This document shows, in pieces, positions 1 through 13,830 of a stretch of 64,000 bases of DNA. The stretch is from the human T2T-CHM13v2.0 reference genome, Homo sapiens: NCBI RefSeq assembly GCF_009914755.1, contig NC_060929.1. One strand, given 5' to 3'. Both the position numbers and the translations under genes were made by a program. Under the pieces are notes generated by a model that worked only from the letters and a program-made list of their open reading frames with translations, was not told where the DNA came from and made no database searches. Numbering within the stretch: position 1 is the stretch's first letter; each line of letters begins with the position of its first letter.

Positions 1-49
1 AAATTCTCTACAATATTTGCATAACTCATAACACTTTTCTTCATTGCTC

Positions 50-170
50 CCACAAGCACCAAGATAATTCTTTCCTCCAACCCTCTGCTCATGCTGTTAT
101 CCCCACCTGAAATGCCCTCTTACAAATCCTACTAGCTGAATTACAGTTTCCATTTAAGACCTCCCCGAAT
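50..170 (+). mobile_element. Degenerate L2 fragment
   Basis: 'ctgctcatgctgttatccccacctgaaatgccctct' resembles the L2 3' region; highly diverged, boundaries approximate. Confidence 0.35.
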
Positions 171-782
171 TATTCTAGCACCAGAGAACCATCATTTCTT
201 AGAATTAACAGTGCTTTTAATTTTTTTTCTAGTTGTTTCACTTGTGTTAATCTTATCTTTCCAAAGAATTATATGGTTCTTACCATTTAGATAACTGCAT
301 GTCTTAGACATAGCTGAGTGTTATGTTTTAAATTTCTTCAGTCTTTCCACTGTGAACACTAAGGAAAATTAATTTTTAAGACTACAGATTTGATACCAAA
401 TCCCTACTTCCTAATATTTCACTGCCTGATTCCCTAATGGATGCTCTTTCCAGAAAATGTGTAGGGTCATTAAGCAAGAGTGTACCTTTGCTTTCAGAAT
501 TTGACCCTGGTAGGAGAAATTTCTGGTGCTTCTAATTCTTTCCCTCCAGTTTCCCAGTCAAACTCATTTCAGTGACTTGGTTTTTAGCTTCCTGAAATAT
601 GTTTGAATAATTAATATATACACACAATAAAAGTTCAAAGGTACAAAAGAGTGTGCAGGAAAATAAAAGTTTTCCTCCTAATGACATTCCCTTCTTACAC
701 AAGGTTATTCCCTCAGGGCCTACTGCTGATATCTAGTAGCTATGCTTGTGTATCCTTCTAAAGATACACAAACACACCCCCC

Positions 783-850
783 TATATATGTGTGTTTATA
801 TGTACTTGTGCATACATGTGTGTATATATAGTGTGTATATGTGTACACAC
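783..850. repeat. Degenerate (TA/TG)n low-complexity tract
   Basis: tatatatgtgtgtttatatgtac...gtgtgtatatgtgtacacac. Confidence 0.7.
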
Positions 851-2213
851 ATACTTTTTACAAAAGTTACTAAATTATACAATCATGGATCTTGCTTTTC
901 TTCACAAACGTTCTGTGTTTTGAAATTGTATCAAGGACTGCATAGTATCTGTATATGTAAATCCTTTTTGATAGACATTTAAGTTGCTTCCAATCTTTTG
1001 CTATTGCAAGCAATATTACATGAATACACATTTTGCACATGTGTGCAAGATAAACATATTAGAATAGATTTGTTGAAGTAACATTGTTGGTGGGGGGAAT
1101 GTTCATATAAAATTGTGATAGATATTACCAATTTGCCATTCATAAGGTATCTATGAGTTCACCCTTCCACCTGTACTGTATCAGACAGCTTGTCTCTCTT
1201 TAGTGTGGCTGATATGATTCTTAACAATCTTTGAAAGACAAAAAAAGGTATCTCATGGTTTTGAACACCTATTATTTTTACTGGGTTTGAGCAACTTTTC
1301 GCATATTTAAAAATAATTATTTTCTTTATGTGAACTGGCATTTCATGTATTTTGCTTTTATTTCTACTGATTTGCTAACCTTTTTATTGATTGGTAGGAG
1401 ATCTGTATAAGGAAATTCATCCATTTGGGGTCACATTAATGTCAAAAAATTTATCCAGCTGGTTCTTGTCCTTTAACCTAGTTTACACCTATTTGTTTGA
1501 TTTTATTGTGCTAAAATTGCTAAAATATTTTATATTTGGGTGATGAAATTTATCCACCTTTGCTTTAAGATTTCTAGGTTTTGATATTTGCTAAGATAGG
1601 CTTTCAGTATTCTGAATTTATAAACATATCTTACAGTGTCTTATAGTAGTTTTATGAATATTTCATGTGTGTTTTTACAATTCTTACCAAATTAAAATTT
1701 GAGAGATAGTATTTGTTACTATCTTACTTGTTCTCTCAAAAACTACCAGTAATAACAAAACCATATATTGAATAAATCCATATATTTCAAATTAATATGA
1801 CATGCCAACTCACTCACTTAGTCACTATATATTTGGCTCTACTGCTTGCTTTTATAGACTGTTCCATTGGGTTATCTATTCGTGTGCCAGTACTACATGC
1901 CTAATTGTTGTTTTAATTTTTTTTTAATAACTACTAGGGTAAACATCATCTACTTCTTTTTTAAAAAATACTCCCTGACTAATGTACATTTATTTTTTTT
2001 CCTACATGAACTTTAGAGTGAGCTTGTCTAGTTGAAAAAAACATAATAAATATATTTATAGTATTAGTATACCTATGTATATATCCAATTTTCTTCTGTG
2101 TTTCTCTTGTTAAGTTTCTATTTAGATATTTTATATTTTTATATGCCTACCTAAATGCAAATTTCTTCATTATATTTTGTAACTGGCTCTTCTACATTTA
2201 TAGGAAGGCTATC

Positions 2214-2215
<2 letters not shown>

Positions 2216-2253
<38 letters not shown>

Positions 2254-2254
2254 T
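2216..2254. repeat. (TG)n microsatellite
   Basis: About 15 pure TG units followed by tatgtgtgt. Confidence 0.95.
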
Positions 2255-3622
2255 CTATATATGTGCACTAATGTTAAACCCAGTTACTTTATAAATTGTA
2301 AATTGTCTTTTATAATTTACATTATTAGCTTTTTCGTTTATTATTTTGGGTTTTCTAGACATAAAATCATCACATCTGAAAAGAACTTTAGTTTTACCTC
2401 CTTACCTCCTCTTCGAATTTTCATGCTTATTTTTTCCATCAAATTGTTATAACTGGTATTATGTAATAGATTTTAAATAAATGGACACACTTGGACTATT
2501 TTTCACTCTAATGGGACCACTCTAATGACCTCCAAGGCACAGCACAAGGACTCTTGTCTCCCATTTCCAGTGCATGCACTACAGCCATTTTCTCTATACC
2601 AGCATTTGCTCAGAAAAAAAAAAAAAGAGTAAGACATTAACATCAGTGTAGGAAGGAAATAAGTGTCCATGAATATGCAGGATAGGATAAAGGAGGGAAA
2701 TTATCTTTTCTCTACAGTAAATAAAAAGAGGCTTATCAAGAATTGGTAGAATTGGATGTCTTAAGCTTTGACGTTGCATTTGACAGAAAATTGGAACTCA
2801 TTGTCTTTTGATTTAAAAGAAAGGGATGATAAAATCTTCCACACCCACCATAGCAGGAGTTATGTGGTTATCTAGGGAAAAACGTATTATAATAGGCCAA
2901 AGGACCGTCTTAGACTATTTCCCCTTTTATCTAGTTTTCATTGCCATATTCTTCTCTTTTCCTCCGTTTATCACATTGCTGAAAATTGAGTCAGAGATTT
3001 ATTTATTTAAGATATAAAAGATACCTGATACATCAAGCATAGTAATTGGACCAAATATGAAACTAAAGGAAATCTAAAGAAATAATGTGTACACCATCTA
3101 TAAATAAATGTCAAGGGTTATGAATAGAGAAGATCCTCTTGGGTTTTCTTTGTTCCAACATGGGCTACAACTTAAAGAGAAAAATCTGTCAATAAAAAAT
3201 TATTTGTTTTCACAATCACTGTTTTATTTAAAAAATAAAACGGAAATGGAATATATTTTAATATATGTTATTTTGGGCAACCGCAATTTAAAATATAGCT
3301 TGTTTCTCAGCCATTGGAGAATATCATTTAATTTTATGTGTTTTATATTGATACAGATTCTGTTCTTTCTGTCTGTAGATAAAATGGGTCTAGTAGTACA
3401 TTCTCCCTAAAATATACAGTAATTAATATATTTCCTTAAAATAAGATAAAATACCCATGCATGTCTCATAGCACAATTGTAATTTGTCTTAAATTTATCA
3501 CTATATTAATATAATATAAAATAATTTATTAGAGATTTTAAATATATACATTTCTTCAAAAACCATAATGCTAATATTAAAATTGGAAAAATTAAGAAAA
3601 TATCATGATTTCAATACGAAGC

Positions 3623-3911
3623 TAAGGTCCCAGAAACATTAAATAAATTAAGAAAGGCATGATGTCATTATGTTTTCAAAACATTGTATAGAAAGAATCA
3701 CCTGGTTTGAATTCTTATTTTTGTTTTGGTCCGTCTCAAAAACCTACATTTATACATGATGATGATATTATTAAAAAAGAAAATTATAACAACTTAATCT
3801 TTTGCTTTTGAGATGATTCATACAAAAGTAAGAATTCAAACCAGGTATAACCTTTTGAAAACACAAGGACATCTTTCCTTTCTTGATTTACTTAATGATC
3901 CTGGGACTTTA
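3623..3911. repeat. Long imperfect inverted repeat (arms 3623-3741 and 3806-3911, ~64 nt spacer)
   Basis: 3623-3681 matches the reverse complement of the distal right arm at 50/59; acctggtttgaattctta(t/c)ttttgt block matches 24/25. Confidence 0.9.
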
Positions 3912-4501
3912 ATTCTAGTAAACTTCTAGTTTCAAAAACAAAATTATAAAGCATATGTAAAACAGACAATGATGCAAAATTGCACAATTGCCTGTCTTAA
4001 TTTTTAAAATTCAGAGATTTTAGTTTGATTCACATAATCATTTTTTTCTCAAGAACATTTATATGGATGCAACTTGATTTGAAAAGCAATTTGTGACCTG
4101 AGATATTTAAAACTGTACATTTTGATGTGACAAGTTGTAAACTGTATAGTAAAAGCCAATTGAATTGAGAGCCTTCACTCAGTCATCAACAAATAAAATT
4201 GAAAAAAATTCTTTAACTGAATTATTATTTAATCTTTTATTATGAGGCATGCATTCTTGAATGTTTTCCAAAACATAATCAGACATAAAATTGAAACTAC
4301 ATACTACAAGTCAATTTAAAAGCATGATATTTAATTGATAAATCTGGCCAATCCCTTTAACATTCATAGTGGAGATGAATAAATTAAAAAGGCGTCAAAA
4401 TGGAAGATAGATGACCCTGCTAAAAAAATTTTTAATTGCATTCGTCTACTTTTAAAAATAAATCCCACATTGAATTTAATATATGAACTATTTTCTAGTC
4501 C

Positions 4502-4612
4502 TTTTTTTTTTTTTTTTGTAGAGATGGGGTCTCAAACTCGGCCTCAAGCATTCCACCTGCCTCAGCCTCCCAAAAGTGCTGGGATTGTAGGCCTGAGCTA
4601 CCACACCTGGCC
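4502..4612 (-). mobile_element. Alu left-monomer/FLAM-like fragment with internal deletion
   Basis: poly-T, gtagagatggggtctc, cctcccaaaagtgctgggatt...ccacacctggcc; flanked by tctagtc direct repeat. Confidence 0.85.
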
Positions 4613-4877
4613 TCTAGTCTTTCTATTTATAAGTAGGAGATATAATAGCATTTAGGGTAAGTGGTGGAAACTTTTGCAGTTTTTCCTGTAACTATCTGAC
4701 TCAGCATCAGCTGAAAATATCCTTGTATTATTTTAACATTTTCCTTTCCTCTACTAAATAATGTGTCACTCTGGCTATGCCCTGAGGTGGTGACTCAGTT
4801 CTGTCTAAGACGCTGCCTAGGGATCTTAAGCAATGATTGAAAATACAGGAAGTTTTCCCCTTAGAAAAGCCCTGGTT

Positions 4878-5176
4878 GGCTGGGCGCAGTGGCTCACACC
4901 TGTTATCACAGCACTTTGGGAGGCCGAGGCCGGCAGATCACGAGGTCATGAGATCGACACCATCCTAACACAGTGAAGCCCTGTCTCTACTAAAACTACA
5001 AAAAATTAGCCAGGCACCGTGGCAGACACCTGTAATCTCAGCTACTCAGGAGGCTGAGGCAGGAGAATTGCTTGAACCTGGAAGGTGGAGGTTGCAGTGA
5101 GCTGAGATCGCACCATAGCCCTCCAGACTGGGTGACAAAGTGAGTCTCCATTGTGAAATAAAAAATAAAAAGAAAA
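4878..5176 (+). mobile_element. Alu (AluS, Sc-like), full length
   Basis: ggctgggcgcagtggctcac...A-rich tail; TSD agaaaagcc(c/a)tggtt at 4863-4877 and 5177-5191. Confidence 0.97.
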
Positions 5177-5879
5177 AGAAAAGCCATGGTTTTGATAACT
5201 AAATGCAGAGACTATTGATCCACAACTTTTAGCCAGTTTACTTTAATTAAAAGGAGCTTCTAGGCCTTTTACCTTTTATATTTTTTAGCCACAGCAAAAT
5301 GTTTTATTGTTTTATCTGTTTTACATTCTACTGAACTTAGTTTTAATTATTATATTTCTTTTAGCTCTTTAATACTTAATTTCAGTTTTTTCAAATGTAG
5401 AAGAATACTCTTATGAATTCTCTGAATAACTTGCATTTTTAATAAGGAAGACAGACAGCCCTTTGCTTCTAATTAGTTCTGTAAAATCCTTTTAATGCTT
5501 TGAAACAGATATCCTTTTTTGGGTCTCAAATGGCACCTTTGTCCTAAAACACAGTCTTATGGAGGAAATGGATGGCATAGACCCTAAATCACTGTTCCTG
5601 GCAGTCACTGAGACTTTTGGCTAAGGATTTCTTCCCACAGGAGCAATAAGCACCAACTCGCAGACAGCTTAGGGTAAAGACTAGAGTATTGTTGCTTTCT
5701 AATTTCTAAGCCCGTTCAGTTCTTGGTAAATGAGTTCATAAATTTAAGGTAATTTTCTGACAGTGGCTAAGCCTTCCATTTAGCCTATAGCATGGGGTAA
5801 AAATAAAATCAGAAGCCATCATAATTCCTTTGTATATATATATGTAAAAATAACCACTCCATAAAATGTTTTGTAAGCT

Positions 5880-6470
5880 ACAAATATTCTAATGTAATTT
5901 CTATTTTATTTTGAATTTTTTATTATTAGTTATTTTTCTTATATTTTTTCTTTCTTCAAGACATATCAAATTAATTTTCCCTGGCCAAATATTTAATAAA
6001 TCTACTGACTTAAAATGTCACCTTTTTCAAATATTACTTTTCATACAAACATGATCCCTTGCATACAGTTCCATTTTCTCTTTTGTGTTTTCTGGTACCA
6101 AGACCTCATAGTTTGACTTTTATGAATTTCTAGTATATATTGTACTTGATAAACTTAGATGCCTTTTTTTTTCATTAAAATATATCCCATTGAAACTTGG
6201 GTTTGCTTCAATTATGCAGGTCAATTTGAAAATAGCTTCTATCTTTATAGAACTATTTTATTTGTTCTTAAATATGCGTCTCTGCCTATTAGCTTCTTGA
6301 ATGTCCTTTAATGAAATTTTGCAGATGTCTCTTTCTTACTCTGTCTCTCTGTCTTAAATGCTTTTCATTATGTTTGTTCAAAATATTATGTTCTTTTGTT
6401 TCTGTTATGAATTATATCATTTTTTGCCATTATGTTTCTAAGTGACTCTTTGTTGTATTAAAGAATTTGT
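5880..6470 (-). mobile_element. Highly diverged L1M ORF2 remnant
   Basis: T-rich antisense L1-like text (e.g. 'cagttccatt...tctggtaccaagacctcatagttt'); boundaries approximate. Confidence 0.4.
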
Positions 6471-6474
6471 CACT

Positions 6475-6876
6475 TGTCTTACTCTGTTTTCTGTTGCTCA
6501 GAACAGAATACCTGAAATTTATGAGTAAAAAGAATTTCTTTTTTACGGTTATAGAGGCTAAGTACTCCAAAGTTAAGGGGCCATGCATGGTGAGAGCCTT
6601 CTTGCTGGTGGGGAATTTCAACAGAGTTCCGAAGCTGCCTAGAGTATCACATGATGAGGGGGCTGTGTGTTAGCTCAGGTCTCTCTCACCCTTCTTATAA
6701 AGTCACCAGTCCTATTCTCATGATAACCCATTAATCCATGAGTGGATTAATCCATTCATGAGGGCAGAGCCATCAGGACCCAATCACCTCTTAAAGGCTC
6801 CACCTTTCAATACTGACACGTTGGGGATTAAGTTTCAAAATGAGTTTTGGAGTGGACAAACATTGAAATCATAGCA
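6475..6876 (-). mobile_element. MaLR solo LTR (MST family)
   Basis: tgtcttactctgtt...aatcacctcttaaaggc...ggggattaagtttcaa...catagca; TG..CA ends; 5-bp TSD tcact/tcacc. Confidence 0.9.
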
Positions 6877-7041
6877 TCACCCCCATTCAAAGTTCTTTAG
6901 TTCTACCAAATTTTCTGAGTCCTTGCTTTTTTTTCTTGCAAATAATTATATATGCAAATAATGTGGGCTCCTTTGCTTTTCCCTTATCTATATTTTACTT
7001 TGTTTTGTTAGTTGTATAATGTGACAACAACTACTTTTACA

Positions 7042-7114
7042 ATTAGTTGCATAATGTTGCAACTAATAAAGTATTTTATTTATAATTCTAATAAAGTATA
7101 CTTTATTAGTTGCA
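7042..7114. repeat. Nested palindrome/inverted-repeat cluster
   Basis: Perfect 22-bp palindrome ctaataaagtatactttattag (7088-7109); 17-bp IR 7058-7074/7098-7114; 10-bp IR 7042-7051/7058-7067. Confidence 0.9.
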
Positions 7115-7721
7115 CTTCTGAAACAAATCTAAGTAACTCTCAGTGGTGTGGACTTCTGTGGTGTTGTTTCCAGGCTACAGTTCAGAAGTGTGCAAATGTG
7201 AGCAACATATGGAAACATATCATGTGCAGGCTTGTGTCTGCCTCCAGCAGGACTCTCCTAAGTACTGAGCTGCAAAGAAATATATACTATATTGTATCTT
7301 TTTGTATATATTTCTAAAAAAGAATACTGAACCATTTAAACAATTTTGTGATTAAAAAGGTCTAACAAAAAGGTTAGTTGCCTGATTGATTTTTGTCTCT
7401 TTAAAAATAGGCAAAGTAGAAAAGAAAGGTAGATGGCATAAAATGCAGCAATGTCTTCCCAGGAAAGAGAGCGAGAAGTGTTTCTCACTTAGGCTAAGGA
7501 TATCTAGATGGATAAGTGCTAACTGGAGCTCAGAGTACACACTTGGAATGGAAGAGGTTGGAAAGCTGGGAAGAATGGATGGCATGGTCCTAGAAAAGGC
7601 TGGAAGTGGAACACAGCAGCCACCAGGAAGCCAAACACCTGGATAAAGTATTACAAGTAGAGACCTCAGTCTCCCTGGCACTTCTACAACCAGCAGAGAA
7701 CTTTAAAAAATGGGAAATTGT

Positions 7722-8058
<337 letters not shown>

Positions 8059-8941
8059 TTATTATTAAACATTCTATGAAATAAATCTCAAGAATTTCTG
8101 CAAGCAGGAGTGATGGCTGTCTAGTACAATTTGTTTTATTGAACTTTATTGTCAATGTGTCAAGTAAAGTTTGCTTCTTTCATTTAAGAAAAGATAGACA
8201 AGATGATGAGTAGGGAGCTGTTTTCACTTTGACTTGAGCTACCTCACAGTATTAGAATGACATAAGTGTCTAAATATTATATCCTATGTTTCTACTGGGA
8301 ACATCACCTGATAACATTTTTATCAACTAAATCTCCTGATCAGTGATTCTCTTTGGTCAGTTTGACAGTGAATTTTGTCTTACCTGTGAAGTTAAACCCA
8401 TGATAAGCACCGCCAGCTCCTGTCATCTTATACTGTTTTCCTCTTTGTATATTCAGCTCTATTTAAGTTTTCTCAGGCAGTTTGATCCTTACTCTCAGTT
8501 AATCTCCAACTCACTAGTAATGAAACCTTATCATGAGACATTCAATCATTCACCTACTCTTTCATGCATTACAAAAATGTACATTTACCATATACTATGT
8601 CTCAGGAATTGTACAAAGTTGTTTGTTTTAAGCCACTAAATTCAAGGTCTGCGAAATGCTAAGATAATATTTTTCTTCAGTGGTGTTATTGTGCAGCCCA
8701 AGCATTTCAGTAATTTCCTAGTCTTCAGTAAATTCACCTGCATACAACCTTATTCTCCATACGTATACCAAAAATCCTGGTCTCCCAGGACTGCACATCC
8801 ACTTAAACTAAAAAAAATATGGGAATCTATTTAGCTTTACACAACTGGGACAACAGAGTATCATAAGGAAACCAGACCCCAGATCAATCCTTTTAAGCCT
8901 TCTCTGTGAACGTCTGTGTTATCTATTATTTAAAACAAAAA

Positions 8942-9176
8942 TGCTCACTAAATGCCTACTGTGCTCAGGCAAGCCACATACAGCAGAGAAGTGGACCTAG
9001 TAGACTATAATAATGGATGGCGGCAAACTGGAAAATGCACGCCCACTTTAAAGGGAACAGCAAGCTACCCGGTTAGGTAGACAAATTGTTGTCTTGTAGG
9101 ATTATGGAAGCAGCGTGGTCAGATTTGTTTTTTGAAACCCAAAATTTAACTTATAATTTCTCAATTTTTAATGTGC
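8942..9176 (-). mobile_element. hAT-Charlie non-autonomous element (MER102-like)
   Basis: aaatgcctac...caggca...ggcaaactggaaaatgcacgccc...taaaggg resembles the MER102 reverse complement. Confidence 0.6.
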
Positions 9177-9249
9177 AGGTATAATTCAATACATCTACAA
9201 ATTAAATAAAGTATATATACTTATAGTAATTGTATTTTTTACATAAAAA

Positions 9250-9800
9250 GAACTTTCATTTCAATAATTGACTAAAATAAATTAAAAATTGATCAACAAG
9301 CCTATTATCCTTACTATCAAATAGCACAAAATAGAAAAACTTATGTCAATATTTTAAGCTAATTTGGATAAGAACATTTTAAAAATGAAAATAATAAGAT
9401 AAGTTAGTGACTAATTTCTCTGTCTACATAAAATGAACACAAAACTTCTGTATGTCAGAAAATCATGAATTAAAAGGTAAACTTCAAAGCAGAAAGAATA
9501 TTTCCCAGTGATATCTGACTCTCATACACCACCAGTGAGACTATTGATTGCCTCCACCTTTCTAAGAAACAATTTGACAATATATATCAAGAAGGATAAA
9601 AATAATATAAGCTTTGACCTAGTGAACCAATTTCTAAGAATTTATACTAAGGAGACTGCTTGAAATAGTTTCATGTATGATTAAAATTTTAGTTACGTGG
9701 GTGATTATTCTAGAATATTGATTATATCACATAAATTATTTCTCATGTTATTTATTACATCAAATATTGGAAATAGGCTAATGTCCAACATTAAAAAGGA
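9250..9800 (+). mobile_element. Old L1ME-like fragment (ORF2 end/3'UTR)
   Basis: aaaacttctgtatgtcagaaaa; ctttgacctagt...aatttctaagaatttatactaaggag; aatgtccaaca. Confidence 0.5.
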
Positions 9801-9899
9801 TAAATAATCATAACCAATTCAATAGAAATTATTTTATAATCTTCATAACATGATGGTTTTAAATAATTTTTAAGATATTAGGCAAATGCTGATGTTTAA

Positions 9900-10600
9900 C
9901 TTAGCTTTTTAAAATATCATATAAAATCACCTATAATCTACCACTGGTTTTTAATGACTGTTTGCAGATTAGAGTATAACTTTTGGTAATGTTCCTGAAT
10001 GCCTCCGAGCATAGCACATGAATATGTATATCTTACCACTTTTGTTTATCCCTCCCTTCCTACCTTGATCCTCATCTCTCTTTCTCATTATACACTAAGC
10101 AATGTATCATAGATACATTCGTGGTTCATTACATTTTTTGGTGTAATTTGAGATGAGTATGCAACATTCCTTCGTATAACAACTACAAACATAAGCATCT
10201 AATCTCTTATTTATTGCTTTTTAGGTCATCTGCAGTTTTTTGTTGTTGTTGATGATCTTCCTGTCATAGACAATGCTGTAACAAACAGACTAGTAAGTAT
10301 ACCTGTATAAACTCCAGCAACTTTTTCTGTAATGTTTCCTAGTTGAGAGGTTACTGGGCAAAAAGCAGACACGTATAAAATTCTACTAGATATTCTTAGA
10401 TTTTCTGTAAAGTTAGGACCAAGTTAAATTTTTACAAGTAGTGTACCACAGTACATGTTTTCCCCAATACTAAATATTAGCAAAGTTTTTTGAATTATGC
10501 AAACCTGATAGTCAAAAAAACCTCATTATTGTAACTGTGTTATCTTGACTGCTAGTGAGGTTACACCTTCTTTTTTTTCTTTTGCTTTTTGACAATAACT
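9900..10600 (-). mobile_element. Old L1ME-like fragment
   Basis: 'acaatgctgtaacaaaca', 'ttactgggcaaaaag', 'cctcattattgtaact...gactgctagtgaggtt'; diverged. Confidence 0.45.
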
Positions 10601-10615
10601 TTCATCTTAAATGAA

Positions 10616-10913
<298 letters not shown>

Positions 10914-12311
10914 TGAATTATCTATTTACATTCCATGCCCATTTTTTATTGTAATATTTGTTTTTTACATAATTTCACAGAAAGTTGTAATCAAAATGTT
11001 AGGAAAGATTATTTCTAAGGAATATTACAATGAGTATTTTAAGATTGAATTTTAAATTTTTTTCATTTAAAATTTTATACGTGTATCTTTTTTATGCTAT
11101 AAAATTATATAACAATTTTACTTAAAAGGCAATAAAGGATATGATGATCAGCATGTATGTCACAAAACAATATAAAGATTCCATATAATAGAAACCCATT
11201 TTTATTCTTATAAACCTCCTGTAATTCAAGGCTCATTTTTATACCAGTTATTTGACTCCAGCATCACTCATACAGCATTTCTGTATGTCTTGATAAGTCC
11301 ACAGGTTTTCTACTTTTTTGAGCTAAATCGTGATGAAGCAGATGATAATCTGAGGCTCGCCTGCTATATTGTGAAAATCCCTCTGTGCTTGTAATAAAGG
11401 CTTCATCTCCACAAGACCTAAAGTATGTGTCGAGTGTATAAATGGAACTCTTTTTTAAATGGAAAATACCATATTACACTAATTATTTGTGTGAATTACT
11501 CATTTCTTTATTTTAATGTAAAGTATACATTAAGGCTTCTAGAAAAAGAATTTTGTTTGTTTTCAAAGATAAAGAAAAGCAATACACTTTTGAAATTAAT
11601 AGAGAAAAAAATAACATCTCAAATAGAATTGGGCTAGTATAGTGCTGATTATCTCTCTCTGTTGTATGGTTTATGTTATGTGTGGTTGTTTAGAAACATC
11701 ATTTTACTAATCTTTGGGATATTGTATCCAAGGTAGCCTGCAGAGTTTTGCTGTTCAATTTATCTTATCTTTAATATGGATTTGTGGGCTCTTACAGCCA
11801 TCAGCTATACTACGAAAAGGTCCTCTTTTGTTGCTCCTTTGTCATTTACTTCTTGTTTCCAATCCATCAGCACATCTTTTATTGAGTTCCTGTTTTGTTA
11901 AAGGCAAGACTCTAAGGAAAAGGCAAAGAATTATAGGAATTACAACCTGCCCTTTAAAAGCTCATAGTCTGTGTGGGAGTGGAAGGACTATAATATTTAA
12001 AGAGAATTAAGATAATTTAATAAGAAGTGTTTCAACAATTAACATTGAAGATTTTGTTTTCATTTTGTTACTTGTTTACAGGTTTTTACCTGGAATAAAA
12101 TATAAATGTTTTAGTGCCCATAGATAAGAGAGGTGATAGGGCAGTGAATAACATAATATGTGTGTCTATAATATGGTTGTAGGTATAGACTGTATATAGA
12201 AAAATAAGAAGAAAAAAACAAATTCTGAAAGACTCAGAAATAAATCTGTTACTGAAACTATTTGGTGAAGCCTAAGCTATTGAAATGCCAATAATTGATT
12301 TAAAATATATT

Positions 12312-12800
12312 ATTTAGCATTGGTCTCTTTAATTGCAGGTAGCCAAAAACTCAATTGGGAAATTGTTGTTTCCAAAAACTAAATGGGAAATTATTGTTTA
12401 TGTGATTGAACATGGAGATCTTTCATGATTCAGCGATGGCTGGATTCAGAGGACCAAAGATTGGTACAAGCAGTGACTTTTCTCCATCTCTTGGTTCTCT
12501 CTGCCCCTGTTTTGGCTCTGGCCAGACAAGCATGCCCCATTGTGGTGCAAAGAAGGCTATGGAAGTTTCAGCCTCCTATCATTCTGGGTTTTAGTATATA
12601 TAGATGATATCTTTTTAAAGTCAAGTTGAAAAAAGCCCAATTCAATGCTTCAAATCGAGGAGCATGACTATCTCTGAGCCAACCTCTGTTGATGGGAAAA
12701 CAGAATGCACTAAATGGCTAAAGCCTGAGTCAAATATATACCGCTGAAATAGGGGATTTAACCAGCTCCACCAAAACAAGCACACTGAAAGTGGGGTTTG
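12312..12800 (-). mobile_element. Old MaLR LTR (MLT1K/L-like)
   Basis: ttgcaggtagccaaaaactcaa, ggctggattcagaggaccaaa, gactatctctgagccaa...ggctaaagcctgagtca. Confidence 0.5.
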
Positions 12801-13099
12801 CCACTTCTGAAAGGAAAATTTAAAAAACAAAATGGTTTGTAGATGATCTACAAGCAGGAGGCATGATGTTATGAAGCAACATAACTATCAGTTAGGGGAT
12901 TGTGGGGCTTCATCTTTAACACTTATAGTTCACATACTTGTATGTTTTGTATGAACATATGAATAGAATGTTAACAAGGTGGCCAACATATCTAAATGTT
13001 GTTTAAAAAAGAGAATTTCAATGTTAGGTGGAGTGTTGGGGAATAAGCACACAGGTAAAGTGTTAAAAGAAATCAGTAGGCAAATTTAACAGTAAATAT

Positions 13100-13830
<731 letters not shown>

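Larger units (their letters stand above)
595..2560 (-). mobile_element. Old L1 (L1ME-like) 3'UTR/ORF2 remnant
   Basis: Antisense L1 motifs such as 'tagacatttaagttgcttccaatcttttgctatt', 'ggtatctcatggttttgaa' and 'ctgttccattgg...tgtgccagtacta'; boundaries approximate. Confidence 0.6.

Noticed and set aside
7352-7681. Overlapping ORFs of 86-109 aa in purine-rich unique sequence
   Set aside because: No recognised homology or clear exon boundaries; compatible with chance.
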